A stretch of DNA of 64,000 nt from Escherichia coli (GTDB taxonomy: Bacteria > Pseudomonadota > Gammaproteobacteria > Enterobacterales > Enterobacteriaceae), in assembly GCF_003790525.1 (NCBI RefSeq), contig NZ_CP033635.1. One strand, given 5' to 3'. The position numbers and the translations under genes were made by a program. The notes below the pieces were generated by a model. That model saw only the letters and a list, made by a program, of their open reading frames with translations. It was not told where the DNA came from and did no database searches. Below, in pieces: positions 39,542-50,736 of this stretch. Position 1 is the stretch's first letter. Every line of letters begins with the position of its first letter.

Positions 39542-40951
39542 ATGCAACGAGGGATAGTCTGGGTAGTCGATGACGATAGTTCCATCCGTTGGGTGCTTGA
39601 ACGTGCGCTCGCTGGAGCGGGTTTAACCTGTACGACATTTGAGAACGGCGCGGAAGTACTGGAGGCGCTGGCGAGCAAAACGCCGGATGTGCTGCTTTCA
39701 GATATCCGTATGCCGGGAATGGACGGGCTGGCGCTGCTCAAGCAGATTAAACAGCGCCATCCGATGCTTCCGGTCATCATTATGACCGCACATTCCGATC
39801 TGGATGCTGCCGTCAGCGCCTATCAACAAGGGGCGTTTGATTATCTGCCCAAACCGTTTGATATCGACGAAGCCGTCGCGCTGGTTGAGCGCGCCATCAG
39901 TCATTACCAGGAACAGCAGCAGCCGCGTAATGTTCAGCTTAACGGCCCAACGACCGATATCATCGGCGAAGCGCCAGCCATGCAGGACGTGTTCCGTATT
40001 ATCGGTCGGCTTTCGCGTTCTTCTATTAGCGTGCTGATTAACGGCGAATCCGGCACCGGTAAAGAACTGGTCGCTCATGCCCTGCATCGCCACAGTCCGC
40101 GAGCCAAAGCGCCATTTATCGCGCTGAATATGGCTGCTATCCCGAAGGATTTGATCGAATCAGAACTGTTTGGTCACGAGAAAGGCGCATTTACCGGCGC
40201 GAATACCATTCGTCAGGGGCGTTTTGAACAGGCTGATGGCGGTACATTATTCCTCGATGAAATTGGCGATATGCCGCTGGATGTGCAGACGCGTTTGCTG
40301 CGCGTGCTGGCAGACGGTCAGTTTTATCGCGTTGGCGGCTATGCGCCGGTGAAAGTGGATGTGCGGATTATCGCTGCCACTCACCAGAATCTTGAACAGC
40401 GGGTGCAGGAAGGTAAGTTCCGTGAGGATCTGTTCCACCGCCTGAACGTTATCCGCGTTCATCTGCCGCCATTGCGTGAGCGTCGGGAAGATATTCCCCG
40501 TCTGGCACGCCATTTTTTACAGGTTGCCGCGCGCGAACTGGGCGTAGAAGCGAAGTTGCTGCATCCGGAAACCGAAGCCGCGCTGACGCGCCTGGCGTGG
40601 CCAGGCAACGTGCGCCAGCTGGAAAACACCTGTCGCTGGCTAACGGTGATGGCCGCCGGGCAGGAAGTGTTGATTCAGGATTTGCCCGGTGAACTGTTTG
40701 AATCAACGGTTGCGGAGAGTACTTCGCAAATGCAACCGGACAGTTGGGCGACACTTTTAGCGCAGTGGGCAGACAGAGCGCTGCGTTCCGGTCATCAAAA
40801 CCTGCTTTCCGAAGCGCAGCCTGAGCTGGAGCGGACGTTACTGACGACCGCGTTGCGACATACGCAGGGGCATAAACAGGAAGCGGCGCGGCTACTCGGC
40901 TGGGGCCGCAACACCCTGACGCGTAAGTTAAAAGAGCTAGGGATGGAGTGA
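39542..40951 (+). CDS. glnG: Sigma-54-dependent response regulator NtrC, 469 aa
   Basis: [19 protein letters not shown] receiver domain, AAA+ GESGTGKE and GAFTGA motifs, and a C-terminal HTH. ATG at 39542. Confidence 0.97.
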   Translation: MQRGIVWVVDDDSSIRWVLERALAGAGLTCTTFENGAEVLEALASKTPDVLLSDIRMPGMDGLALLKQIKQRHPMLPVIIMTAHSDLDAAVSAYQQGAFDYLPKPFDIDEAVALVERAISHYQEQQQPRNVQLNGPTTDIIGEAPAMQDVFRIIGRLSRSSISVLINGESGTGKELVAHALHRHSPRAKAPFIALNMAAIPKDLIESELFGHEKGAFTGANTIRQGRFEQADGGTLFLDEIGDMPLDVQTRLLRVLADGQFYRVGGYAPVKVDVRIIAATHQNLEQRVQEGKFREDLFHRLNVIRVHLPPLRERREDIPRLARHFLQVAARELGVEAKLLHPETEAALTRLAWPGNVRQLENTCRWLTVMAAGQEVLIQDLPGELFESTVAESTSQMQPDSWATLLAQWADRALRSGHQNLLSEAQPELERTLLTTALRHTQGHKQEAARLLGWGRNTLTRKLKELGME

Positions 40952-41062
40952 TTCACGGCTTGTGAGTAAAGATTGATTATTGAGCGCAAATTGCTGGTAT
41001 TTTGCGCTTTACTGTTCCGATAAGTTCAGTATGATCTTGCCCGGAAAACGGGGAGAGTCATT

Positions 41063-41173
41063 ATGCTGGAATCAATAATTAATCTGGTATCGAGTGGCGC
41101 AGTTGACAGCCACACACCACAAACTGCCGTTGCTGCCGTGCTGTGTGCCGCGATGATTGGGCTGTTTAGTTGA
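41063..41173 (+). CDS. yshB: Small protein YshB, 36 aa
   Basis: MLESIINLVSSGAVDSHTPQTAVAAVLCAAMIGLFS*, with GGGGAGAG upstream. It matches my memory of the K-12 small protein in the glnG-hemN gap. Confidence 0.6.
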   Translation: MLESIINLVSSGAVDSHTPQTAVAAVLCAAMIGLFS

Positions 41174-41205
41174 GTTTCAGATTGCTGATGAAGTGCTCTT
41201 TGTTC

Positions 41206-41298
41206 ATGCCGGATGCGGCGTGAACGCCTTATCCGGCCTGCAAAAGCAATATTTTCAACAGGTTTTGTAGGCCTGATAAGCGTAGCGCATCAGGCAAT
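41206..41298. repeat. Two REP elements
   Basis: atgccggatgcggcgtgaacgccttatccggcctgc and tgtaggcctgataagcgtagcgcatcaggcaat. Confidence 0.85.
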
Positions 41299-41362
41299 CT
41301 TGTTCTCAGCACATTGATGGCGCTTTCGTTTTCTACTTTGTAAACGAAGCGCCATTCACTAT

Positions 41363-42736
41363 TTAAATCACCCGTGAGAACTGCTGCATCCGCGCTTTCT
41401 GGCGCAGATAGGTATCAAAGCACATGCAAATGTTGCGGATCAGCAAGCGACCTTTCGCCGTCACCTGAATCCCCTTCTCATCCACATCCACCAGCCCATC
41501 TTTTGCTAACGGGGCGAGCAGCTTGAGATCTTCCGCAAAGTAATCAGCGAAGTGCAAATCCCACTGTTGCTCAATGGGAGCGTAATCCAGACGGAAGTTG
41601 CAGATGAGCGACTTAATCACATCGCGGCGAATACAGTCATCACGCGTTAGCGCAATACCACGCCACAGCGCGTTGCCTTGTTCATCCACTTGCTGATAGT
41701 AGTGCTTCAACTCTTTCTGGTTCTGCGCGTAGCAGTCGCCAATCATACTGATGGCGGAAACGCCCATCCCCAGCAGATCGGTATCGCCCTGAGTGGTGTA
41801 GCCCTGGAAGTTACGATGCAGCACGCCTTCACGCTGGGCCACCGCCAGCTCGTCATCCGGGCGGGCAAAGTGATCCATCCCGATAAACTGATAGCCCGAT
41901 TGCGTCAGGAAGGCAATGGTTTCCTGCAGGATATCGAGTTTTTGCTGCGGACTCGGCAGGTCAGCATCTTTGATTTTGCGCTGAGCAGCAAAAATGGTCG
42001 GCAAATGCGCGTAGTTAAAGACGCTCAGACGATCGGGGTTCAGCTCCGCCACACGTTTCAGGGTAAAGGCAAAACTTTCCGGCGTCTGTTTCGGCAGACC
42101 GTAAATCAGGTCGATGTTGGTGGAGGTAAAGCCAATCTCACGCGCATGGTTAAGCAGTGCAAAGATGAACTCTTCATCCTGCTCGCGGTTAACCAGACGC
42201 TGTACTTCTTTGTTGAAGTCCTGCACGCCCATGCTCAGGCGATTAAAGTCCTCGGCGCGTAAATGATCGAGTACATCCAGTTCGATTTCGCGCGGATCGA
42301 CTTCGATCGAAATCTCCGCATCGGCATTGAACTGGAAGTTTTCGCGCAGCAGCTTCATCAGACGGCTGATTTGCGCTTTGTTCAGATACGTCGGCGTACC
42401 ACCGCCCCAGTGCAGCTGGCTCACCTTGCGCCCGGCAAAAAGCGGTGCACGATGGACGATTTCTTGCTCCAGCGCGTCCAGATACTGATCGGCCTTGTGC
42501 TGCTGGCGAGTAACTATCTTATTGCAACCGCAGAAGTAACAAAGCTTATGGCAGAACGGAATATGTACGTAGAGAGATAATGGACGCTCAGGATAGCGCG
42601 CCACGGCTTGTAAAAACGCCTGTTCGCCGAAGTCTTCTGAAAACTCCAGCGCGGTCGGGTACGAGGTGTATCGTGGCCCGGAATAGTTATATTTCTGGAT
42701 CAGGGCCAGATCCCAGTCGATTTGCTGTACAGACAT
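41363..42736 (-). CDS. hemN: Oxygen-independent coproporphyrinogen III dehydrogenase (radical SAM), 457 aa
   Basis: CHKLCYFCGC radical-SAM CxxxCxxC motif. The ATG at 42736 is preceded by GGAAGGAG. Confidence 0.96.
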   Translation of the reverse strand: MSVQQIDWDLALIQKYNYSGPRYTSYPTALEFSEDFGEQAFLQAVARYPERPLSLYVHIPFCHKLCYFCGCNKIVTRQQHKADQYLDALEQEIVHRAPLFAGRKVSQLHWGGGTPTYLNKAQISRLMKLLRENFQFNADAEISIEVDPREIELDVLDHLRAEDFNRLSMGVQDFNKEVQRLVNREQDEEFIFALLNHAREIGFTSTNIDLIYGLPKQTPESFAFTLKRVAELNPDRLSVFNYAHLPTIFAAQRKIKDADLPSPQQKLDILQETIAFLTQSGYQFIGMDHFARPDDELAVAQREGVLHRNFQGYTTQGDTDLLGMGVSAISMIGDCYAQNQKELKHYYQQVDEQGNALWRGIALTRDDCIRRDVIKSLICNFRLDYAPIEQQWDLHFADYFAEDLKLLAPLAKDGLVDVDEKGIQVTAKGRLLIRNICMCFDTYLRQKARMQQFSRVI

Positions 42737-42924
42737 GCTCACTCCTTCCGATGGCGTCTCTGGCGGCTACGGCGTACCGGCGGATGCCCGTTTCGGGTCA
42801 TCAGCCGGTTGCGCAGCCACTTTTGTCGCCGCGACAACCGCTGTAGTTTAACGAATAACCACACCAGATAACATATAACCGGAAGGGTTATCAGCAGAAC
42901 GGGAAGGCCCACGGCGGCAATCCG

Positions 42925-43434
42925 TTAGTTGCCCCGCAGCAGACGCATCATGTCTTCTTGCTTCTCGTCTTCTTCCTCTTCTTCGTCATCGTCATAAGAG
43001 AGGCCGAGTTTCTGCATCAACTCATCAATACGATCCAGTTTAGCATCCACCCAGGATTGCTCTTCGGCGCTCAGGGTTTCGCCTGCTTCCAGACGTTCCA
43101 GCAGCGCATCCAGACGCTCATCCGTTTCCAGTAATTCCAACTCCGCCTGCGGTGAAAGCATAGGTTTCTCACTCTTCGGTTTGTGCTGTTTGGTGACTTT
43201 TTCAGTCACGCCCAATGGAATAGGGGTTTTACTGCCAATACGTGGATCTTTTGGTGCGTTCTGGCCTTTGCTGCCTGACGAGGTGTTACCGCCCGCTGCG
43301 CGGCTGCCCGGCGCATGACCACGACGTTTTTTCTGACGCTTACGGTCACGAGCTTCCTGATCCAGCTCCTCGCGTGTTTTTCGACGCGCTTTTGCATGAC
43401 CTTTGCTGCGTGAGTTTGAAGATGATGGTTTCAT
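42925..43434 (-). CDS. yihI: Der GTPase-activating protein YihI, 169 aa
   Basis: [39 protein letters not shown]... has a basic N-terminus and an acidic C-terminus ([14 protein letters not shown]). Confidence 0.93.
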
Positions 43435-43502
43435 AATGGTTCGTCTTTTAGCCGTTTTATTCAGTATAGATTTGCGGCGGAATCTAACAGAAAGCAAGCA
43501 AA

Positions 43503-43745
43503 GAAAAAAGGCGACAGATTACTCTGTCGCCTTTTTTCCTGACTCATAACCCTTAACGGGTCTTACAATCCTTGCAGGCCGCCAACACACCCTGTTTTTC
43601 CATTAGCCGGAACAATCCGTGTTGATTCCATTTCCGTTTAATTACGTCTCCGGACGTTTGTCTTCCTGACAATCCTCTGTCTTCGCCTCCTGGCGCTCCT
43701 GACCCTCATCCTGAGTCATTGTTCCTGTTAGCGTCCTCGCTCTAT
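43503..43745 (-). ncRNA. csrC: CsrC sRNA (CsrA-sequestering)
   Basis: The minus strand reads atagagcgaggacgctaacaggaacaatgactcaggatgagggtcaggagcgccaggagg... I counted 14 GGA motifs in ~240 nt. It ends in the terminator ggcgacag-agtaat-ctgtcgcc followed by a T-run. It sits between yihI and engB, as in K-12. Confidence 0.9.
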
Positions 43746-44015
43746 GGGTGCTACTTTACGCCTTTGCTTTAAACAAACAATCAACCGCCATCAGTATTTG
43801 CACATTTTCAGAGTTTTATATAAAAGCAATTAACTGATTTATATAGCTTATTTGACATGCGTCGCAGAATTTTCTCTGCTATTTCGCATAAAGACTATCG
43901 GCAATGTCTCACAAAGCGTATGGCTTTTACTTACAACGCTCACGCCGAAAAATCCGCCTTTTATTATGGTTCAGGTATAATCGCCGCAAAGCTTTGACTG
44001 ACGGAGACGACCGCT

Positions 44016-44648
44016 TTGACTAATTTGAATTATCAACAGACGCATTTTGTGATGAGTGCGCCTGATATTCGCCACCTACCTTCCGATACCGGAATTGAAG
44101 TGGCTTTTGCAGGCCGTTCCAACGCAGGTAAATCCAGCGCGCTGAACACGCTGACTAACCAGAAAAGCCTGGCGCGGACCTCAAAAACCCCAGGGCGCAC
44201 CCAGCTTATCAACCTGTTTGAAGTGGCTGACGGCAAGCGTCTGGTTGACTTGCCTGGGTACGGTTATGCGGAAGTCCCGGAAGAGATGAAGCGCAAATGG
44301 CAGCGCGCGCTCGGCGAGTACCTCGAAAAACGTCAGAGCCTGCAAGGTCTGGTGGTGCTAATGGATATTCGCCATCCGCTGAAAGATTTGGATCAGCAGA
44401 TGATTGAGTGGGCGGTAGACAGCAATATCGCCGTGCTGGTGCTGCTGACCAAAGCGGACAAACTGGCAAGCGGCGCACGTAAAGCGCAATTGAATATGGT
44501 GCGTGAAGCGGTGCTGGCGTTTAACGGTGATGTGCAGGTTGAAACCTTCTCTTCACTGAAGAAACAAGGCGTGGACAAGCTGCGGCAGAAACTGGATACC
44601 TGGTTTAGCGAGATGCAGCCTGTAGAAGAAACGCAGGACGGCGAATAA
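44016..44648 (+). CDS. engB: Ribosome-biogenesis GTPase EngB/YihA
   Basis: 210 aa with a TTG start. GRSNAGKSS (G1), DLPGYG (G3), TKADK (G4). Confidence 0.94.
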
Positions 44649-44666
44649 TTTTCTTGCCTTAATGCT

Positions 44667-44753
44667 TGTGCCGGATGTGGCGTATCCGGCCCGTAAATTC
44701 AATAGATTACACTTCTACCGTTGGCCTGATAAACATGGCGCATCAGGCATTAC
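44667..44753. repeat. Two REP-like palindromes
   Basis: tgtgccggatgtggcgtatccggcccg and gttggcctgataaacatggcgcatcaggcattac. Confidence 0.75.
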
Positions 44754-44773
44754 GGATCTTTTCTTTCGCCCAA

Positions 44774-44882
44774 TAAAAAACGCCCCAGTCATTACTGACT
44801 GGGGCGGCTAAAATATTCAGCCAAATCCGATTACGTGAAGTAAAAGGTCTGAAAGATAGAACATCTTACCTCTGTACCCTAC
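44774..44882 (-). ncRNA. spf: Spot 42 sRNA
   Basis: The minus strand reads gtagggtacagaggtaagatgttctatctttcagaccttttacttcacgtaatcggatttggctgaatattttagccgccccagtcagtaatgactggggcgtttttta. This is the Spot 42 sequence, about 109 nt including its terminator. Confidence 0.95.
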
Positions 44883-45029
44883 GCGACTAACTTTACTCTT
44901 TTTTGTTCAGTTCAGAAAGCACTTTTTGTAATTTTTTTTCAGTTGTTGCATAGGAATTTCTAATAGCCATCACAAAACGTGACAGCTTATGTTGCTTACT
45001 TACGAAAAAAGGGCATGTTCAGGCGAATC

Positions 45030-47816
45030 TTAGTGCGCCTGATCCCAGTTTTCGCCACTCCCCACTTCCACCAGCAACGGCACATCCAGACGGGTACAGT
45101 TTTCCATCAGTTGATGAATCTGCTTCGCGACGGCATCGACATCATCTTTATGAACTTCAAATACCAGTTCATCGTGTACCTGCATGATCATACGTACACG
45201 CGGTTGCTCAGCCTGTAGCCACGCATCAACGGCAATCATCGCCCGTTTGATAATGTCGGCGGCGGTTCCCTGCATTGGCGCGTTAATGGCTGCACGTTCA
45301 GCCGCTGCACGACGAGCACCATTGCTGGATTTGATATCCGGCAGATACAGACGGCGTCCGTCCAGCGTTTCAACGTAGCCCTGCTCTTTCGCCTGAGCAC
45401 GGGTGCGTTCCATATACTCCAGCACGCCAGGGTAGCGTTCGAAGTAAAGGTCCATGTACTTCTGCGCTTCTTTACGTGGAATGTTCAATTGCCGCGCCAG
45501 GCCGAAAGCACTCATGCCATAAATCAGACCAAAGTTGATCGCTTTCGCGCTACGGCGTTGCTCGCTGGTGACGGTTTCCAGTGGCAAACCAAACACTTCT
45601 GCCGCCGTTGCACGGTGGATATCTTTTCCTTCCGCGAATGCGGTCAGCAAGCCTTTGTCACGCGAGAGATGCGCCATAATGCGCAGTTCAATCTGCGAGT
45701 AGTCCGCCGAGACAATCACATAATCCTCTGGCGCAATAAACGCCTGGCGGATACGACGACCTTCTTCATTACGCACCGGAATGTTTTGCAGGTTAGGATC
45801 GGTTGACGATAAACGTCCCGTTGCGGTTACTGCCTGGTGATAAGAGGTATGTACACGCCCGGTTTTCGGGTTGATCATCAACGGCAGCTTGTCGGTGTAG
45901 GTCGATTTCAGCTTCGCCAGACCACGATACTCCAGAATCACTTTTGGCAACGGATAGTCCAGCGCCAGTTCTTCCAGTACCTCTTCCGACGTTGACGGCG
46001 CGCCACCCGGCGTTTTCTTCAGCGGTTTAATGCCCTGTTTTTCAAACAGAATGGTTTGTAACTGCTTGGTGGAAGAAAGGTTAAATTCTTCACCTGCAAT
46101 TTCATGCGCTTTCTTTTCCAGCTCAGCCAGACGCAAGGTGAGCTCTTCAGAGTGATTGTGCAGCACTTTCGGATCGATCTTCACACCGTTACGTTCAATG
46201 CGTGAAAGCACCGGCACCAGCGGCATTTCGATATTCTCGAAGACGTTCAACGGCCCTTTGTGTTTTTGCAGATCCGGCCACATTTTCAGATGCAACTGCA
46301 AGGTGACATCTGCATCTTCGGCGGCGTAACGTCCGGCTTCTTCGAGGGCAATCTGGTTAAAGGTCAGTTGATTTTTGCCTTTACCCGCAATCTCTTCAAA
46401 AGTGATGGTTTTGTGCTTCAACCAACGTTCCGCGAGGCTGTCCATATCGTGACGCCCGGCAACGCTATTGAGAATGTAGGACTCCAGCATGGTATCAAAC
46501 GCAATCCCACGCAGCTCAATTCCGTAATTCGCCAGAATACCGCGGTCGTATTTCAGGTTTTGCCCGACCTTCAGCGCCTTTTCATTTTCCAGCAGCGGTT
46601 TTAGCAACTCGAGTGCACGCTCGCGAGAGATTTGATCGGGCGCATCAAGATAATCATGAGCAACCGGAATATATGCCGCTACGCCTGGCTCGATAGCAAA
46701 AGAAAGCCCGACCAGGTTAGCAGAGATGTTATCAAGGCTGTCGGTTTCGGTATCAAATGCAAATACCGGCGCTTTTTCCAGCTTCGCAATCCACGTTTTC
46801 AGTGTTTCTTCATCAAGGATGGTGACGTAGTTGTCATAAGAAATCACCGTTGCCGTCACTTCTGGCGCTTCGTCTGCAACACTGGTTTCCTGCGGCCTGG
46901 CTGCGGGTTTCGCCCCTTTAGCCTGTAACCATTTGCCCGCTTCGACATCAGCAGTCCAGCGTTTGAACTCATACTTTTTGAACAGCCCCAACAACTCTTC
47001 CGCCGCCGGTGGCTGCACTTCCAGTTGTTCACAGGTCAGCTCCAGTTCAACGTCGGTTTTAATCGTCGCCAGCTGGTATGAGAGATAAGCAACTTCTTTG
47101 TTTTGCTCGAGCTTCGCTGCCATTGTTTTCGCGCCACGGAAGCTCAACCCAGCAATTTTTTCTGGCTCGGCATACAGCGTATCCAGTCCGCCAAGACCTT
47201 GCAGCAATGCCTGCGCGGTTTTTTCACCGACGCCCGGTACGCCAGGAATGTTATCAGAGGAGTCACCCATCAGCGCCAGGAAATCGATGATCAGTTCTGG
47301 CGGCACGCCGTACTTATTCACCACCTCTTCCGGGCCGAGGATGGTATTCGTCATGGTATTGATAAGCGTAATATTTGGCGTCACCAGCTGCGCCATATCT
47401 TTATCGCCAGTGCTGATAAGCACCGGACGCCCGGCTTTTTCGGCTTCGCGCGCCAGAGTACCGATAACGTCGTCCGCTTCTACGCCAGAAACCGCCAGCA
47501 GCGGCAGTCCCATCGCTTTAACCATCGCGTGCAGAGGTTCGATTTGTGCTCGCAGATCGTCCGGCATTGGCGGGCGATGTGATTTGTAATGTTCAAACAG
47601 TTCATCACGAAAGGTTTTTCCCTTGGCGTCAAAGACCACCGCTGCATGCGTCGGTTTATATTGCATGATCAGACTGCGCAGCATGTTGAGGACACCATAC
47701 ATCGCACCAGTCGGCTCGCCTGCGCTGTTAGTCAGCGGGGGAAACGCGTGATATGCGCGATAAAGATAAGATGAACCATCTACAAGGATAAGTGGATTTT
47801 GGGGGATCTGAACCAT
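45030..47816 (-). CDS. polA: DNA polymerase I
   Basis: 928 aa, [24 protein letters not shown]..., with the Pol A motifs (..DYSQIELR.., ..QVHDELVFE..). Confidence 0.98.
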   Translation of the reverse strand: MVQIPQNPLILVDGSSYLYRAYHAFPPLTNSAGEPTGAMYGVLNMLRSLIMQYKPTHAAVVFDAKGKTFRDELFEHYKSHRPPMPDDLRAQIEPLHAMVKAMGLPLLAVSGVEADDVIGTLAREAEKAGRPVLISTGDKDMAQLVTPNITLINTMTNTILGPEEVVNKYGVPPELIIDFLALMGDSSDNIPGVPGVGEKTAQALLQGLGGLDTLYAEPEKIAGLSFRGAKTMAAKLEQNKEVAYLSYQLATIKTDVELELTCEQLEVQPPAAEELLGLFKKYEFKRWTADVEAGKWLQAKGAKPAARPQETSVADEAPEVTATVISYDNYVTILDEETLKTWIAKLEKAPVFAFDTETDSLDNISANLVGLSFAIEPGVAAYIPVAHDYLDAPDQISRERALELLKPLLENEKALKVGQNLKYDRGILANYGIELRGIAFDTMLESYILNSVAGRHDMDSLAERWLKHKTITFEEIAGKGKNQLTFNQIALEEAGRYAAEDADVTLQLHLKMWPDLQKHKGPLNVFENIEMPLVPVLSRIERNGVKIDPKVLHNHSEELTLRLAELEKKAHEIAGEEFNLSSTKQLQTILFEKQGIKPLKKTPGGAPSTSEEVLEELALDYPLPKVILEYRGLAKLKSTYTDKLPLMINPKTGRVHTSYHQAVTATGRLSSTDPNLQNIPVRNEEGRRIRQAFIAPEDYVIVSADYSQIELRIMAHLSRDKGLLTAFAEGKDIHRATAAEVFGLPLETVTSEQRRSAKAINFGLIYGMSAFGLARQLNIPRKEAQKYMDLYFERYPGVLEYMERTRAQAKEQGYVETLDGRRLYLPDIKSSNGARRAAAERAAINAPMQGTAADIIKRAMIAVDAWLQAEQPRVRMIMQVHDELVFEVHKDDVDAVAKQIHQLMENCTRLDVPLLVEVGSGENWDQAH

Positions 47817-47939
47817 AATGTCCGTGCCTGTTTATCAGATTATGGGTAAAGGATGCCACAGACAGGATGAAAACATGAGTTTTTCACCGCTTTTCGTGAA
47901 AATCTTTTGTAGATCTTCTGGATCGCTCGCAAATCGTCA

Positions 47940-47948
47940 TGTGGATAA
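47940..47948 (-). promoter_or_regulatory. Consensus DnaA box in the polA promoter region
   Basis: tgtggataa is TTATCCACA on the minus strand, a 9/9 match. An 8/9 copy (tgtggatag) lies at 48081-48089. Confidence 0.6.
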
Positions 47949-48179
47949 CTTTGTGCATAAATTATTTACATCACTTTTAATTTATTATCATGCTTTTTAC
48001 AGCATGATGTTTATCTTTGTTTTTCATGCAGTTAAAAATAAAGCCATCCCTAATAATTGAGATAATGGGATTTTTTCTAATGTGGATAGATATGAATTAT
48101 TTTTCTCCTTAAGGATCATCCGTTATTTGGGTCGTTTTCTGCTAAAATCTGCGCCTTGCGCTTCTTTAGCGCACTGTCT

Positions 48180-49112
48180 ATGGCTAACCTTTTGAATAAA
48201 TTCATTATGACGAGAATACTCGCTGCGATAACCCTTTTGCTGAGTATCGTATTGACCATTTTGGTCACTATTTTTTGTTCCGTCCCGATCATCATTGCCG
48301 GGATTGTAAAACTATTGCTACCTGTGCCAGTCATTTGGCGAAAGGTTTCGCGTTTTTGTGATTTTATGATGTATTGCTGGTGTGAAGGTCTGGCGGTATT
48401 ACTGCATCTGAACCCACACCTGCAATGGGAAGTTCACGGGCTGGAAGGGTTAAGTAAGAAGAACTGGTATCTGCTTATTTGTAACCACCGTAGTTGGGCA
48501 GATATTGTCGTACTGTGCGTGCTGTTTCGTAAGCACATTCCGATGAATAAATATTTCCTCAAGCAACAGCTGGCCTGGGTGCCATTTCTTGGCCTGGCGT
48601 GCTGGGCGCTGGATATGCCGTTTATGAAGCGTTATTCCCGCGCTTATTTATTACGTCATCCGGAGCGACGTGGTAAAGATGTTGAAACCACTCGGCGTTC
48701 TTGTGAAAAGTTTCGCCTGCATCCCACCACCATTGTCAATTTCGTTGAAGGCTCCCGTTTCACGCAAGAAAAACATCAGCAAACCCACTCCACTTTTCAA
48801 AACTTGTTGCCACCAAAGGCGGCAGGCATTGCGATGGCGCTAAATGTACTGGGTAAACAATTCGATAAACTGCTTAATGTTACGCTGTGTTATCCGGACA
48901 ATAACCGTCAGCCGTTCTTCGATATGTTAAGCGGTAAACTGACGCGAATTGTCGTACATGTGGATTTGCAGCCTATTTCCGATGAGTTACATGGCGACTA
49001 CATCAATGACAAAAGCTTTAAGCGCCATTTTCAGCAATGGCTGAACTCACTGTGGCAGGAAAAAGACCGGCTTCTGACGTCGTTGATGTCATCACAGCGG
49101 CAGGACAAGTAA
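48180..49112 (+). CDS. yihG: PlsC-family acyltransferase YihG, 310 aa
   Basis: [21 protein letters not shown]..., with the NHRSWADI acyltransferase HX4D motif. ATG at 48180. Confidence 0.92.
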   Translation: MANLLNKFIMTRILAAITLLLSIVLTILVTIFCSVPIIIAGIVKLLLPVPVIWRKVSRFCDFMMYCWCEGLAVLLHLNPHLQWEVHGLEGLSKKNWYLLICNHRSWADIVVLCVLFRKHIPMNKYFLKQQLAWVPFLGLACWALDMPFMKRYSRAYLLRHPERRGKDVETTRRSCEKFRLHPTTIVNFVEGSRFTQEKHQQTHSTFQNLLPPKAAGIAMALNVLGKQFDKLLNVTLCYPDNNRQPFFDMLSGKLTRIVVHVDLQPISDELHGDYINDKSFKRHFQQWLNSLWQEKDRLLTSLMSSQRQDK

Positions 49113-49117
49113 GTTTT

Positions 49118-49145
49118 ACTCGCCTCTGAATGAGCAGAGGCGAGT
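49118..49145. terminator. Hairpin between the convergent yihG and yihF genes
   Basis: actcgcctctg-aatgag-cagaggcgagt is a perfect 11-bp stem. Confidence 0.75.
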
Positions 49146-49152
49146 GAGTATT

Positions 49153-50582
49153 TTAATGAACAAAACGTCCGGCACGAGACATAAATTCTTCTTCGCTCAT
49201 CTCCTGTCCGTTAAAAACAACTTTACCCGGTGTATAACGCAGCTGCAGCGAGGCGGTATTGTTGTCAATCGTGATTAACTGAAACATCTGACCTAATGTC
49301 ATCATCCCGCTGATTTGTTTATCAGCCTGCTTTTGCGCTTTTTCCGCATCCATTCCTTCAGATAAATTAAGCTGTTTTGCGGTTTCTGTGACGACATTAA
49401 GCGGTAACTTCACATCAAAATTGAGCGATTTAATATCTTTGTTTGTGGATGATGAAGATTTGGCGGGGTCGGCAATACTGATATCCAGATTGGCATTTAG
49501 TTCGCCGAGTGCGTTCTTCCATCTTACCGGTTGTTTAATGGTCGGCTCACTTTTTTGTAATAACGGTAAATACTCTTTGAACAATGCAGCATTCACTTCT
49601 TGCAGAGCAACTTCATCGTTTGCTAACTCAGGGTGTGCAGCAAGCTGCTTCTGCATCGCAATGTTATACTGGATGATAAATTGGCGCACCGCTGAGGGAT
49701 CAATAGATTCAGCAATCAATGACCACTCACCACTACCGAGTTGCTGATTCCCTTTTATTAACTTATCAAGTTCGTAGGTCAGATTGACATTGATATAATC
49801 TTTGTCTTTAACGCGATCCAGCCTGGTTTTTGCAACGAAAGCATCGATTTGGGCAACGACTTCCCCCTGGTTGATAATATTAACCTGATTAAATTTCGAC
49901 TCGCTTTCACCAACCGGAAATTTCTTTTCTTCTAATCGTGTCAGAGAATCAAAGGTAAAAATTTTCGCCGTTACTTTGTTCATTGGTGAAAATTGCAGAA
50001 CAATATCTTCGACTTTGCCTTCAATATCCAGGTTAGACAATGAACTACCATCACCATTAAAAGTAAACTGGCCCTTACCAAAGGAAAACTTTCCATACTC
50101 TGCAGGGGCAACATCTAATGTCGTGGAGAATGAGCCACCAAACGCGAACCTCAATGTCGCTTCCACGGGCGATTTATTTTTCGCGGCGATAAATAGCGGT
50201 TGTGTCAGTTCATTATTCACTAAGTTCACTTTTGCCGCTGCCAGTGCCGGGATGACATTACCATGCATTAACATTGTGATGGGCAACGGACCGTGCTCAA
50301 CATCCACATCAAATGCAACTTTCTGGCCTGGCTTGATATTGAGATCGGGTGCACCGTTATCAAATGTTATTTGCATTTGAAAATGAGAATTAAAAAAGCC
50401 TTTGTCAAAGTTTTTATAACTTAACGTCATATCGTAGGCATGTTCACCTTTTTTTTAGCATCGTTAAAATCTTTAATAAACTTTTCGACACCAGGCTGAA
50501 TTTGCGTACCTGTGTACCATGTGCCACCACCCCAGATTACGGCTAACGCAACAATAACACCTGTAGCTGACTTACGTATCAT
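49153..50582 (-). pseudogene. yihF: yihF (DUF945 membrane-anchored protein) interrupted by a 1-nt frameshift in an A8 run
   Basis: ORF 50427-50582 (MIRKSATGVIVALAVIWGGGTWYTG...DAKKK-VNMPTI*) and ORF 49153-50430 (MTLSYKNFDKG...) overlap by 4 nt. One extra A in the run at 50449-50456 (T8 on the plus strand) would read ...DAKKKGEHAYDMTLSYKNF... and give a continuous 476-aa protein. Confidence 0.75.
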
Positions 50583-50688
50583 ATAAATATTCCCTGATAA
50601 AACAGCAAAACTTTGAATATCCACTTATGCTGAAATAATGTCCAGCGGCAGGACGCATTATCAGAATGTATTTATATTTATTAAATAA

Positions 50689-50717
50689 TAAAAAAAGCCC
50701 GTGAATATTCACGGGCT
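50689..50717 (-). terminator. dsbA rho-independent terminator
   Basis: On the minus strand, agcccgtg-aatatt-cacgggct is followed by tttttttatt. Confidence 0.88.
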
Positions 50718-50736
50718 TTATGTAATTTACATTGAA

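Noticed and set aside
43750-44015. Possible UvrY/SirA box upstream of csrC (tgtgagaca half-site near 43905-43913)
   Set aside because: Only one half of the expected inverted repeat is recognisable, which is not enough to call a binding site.
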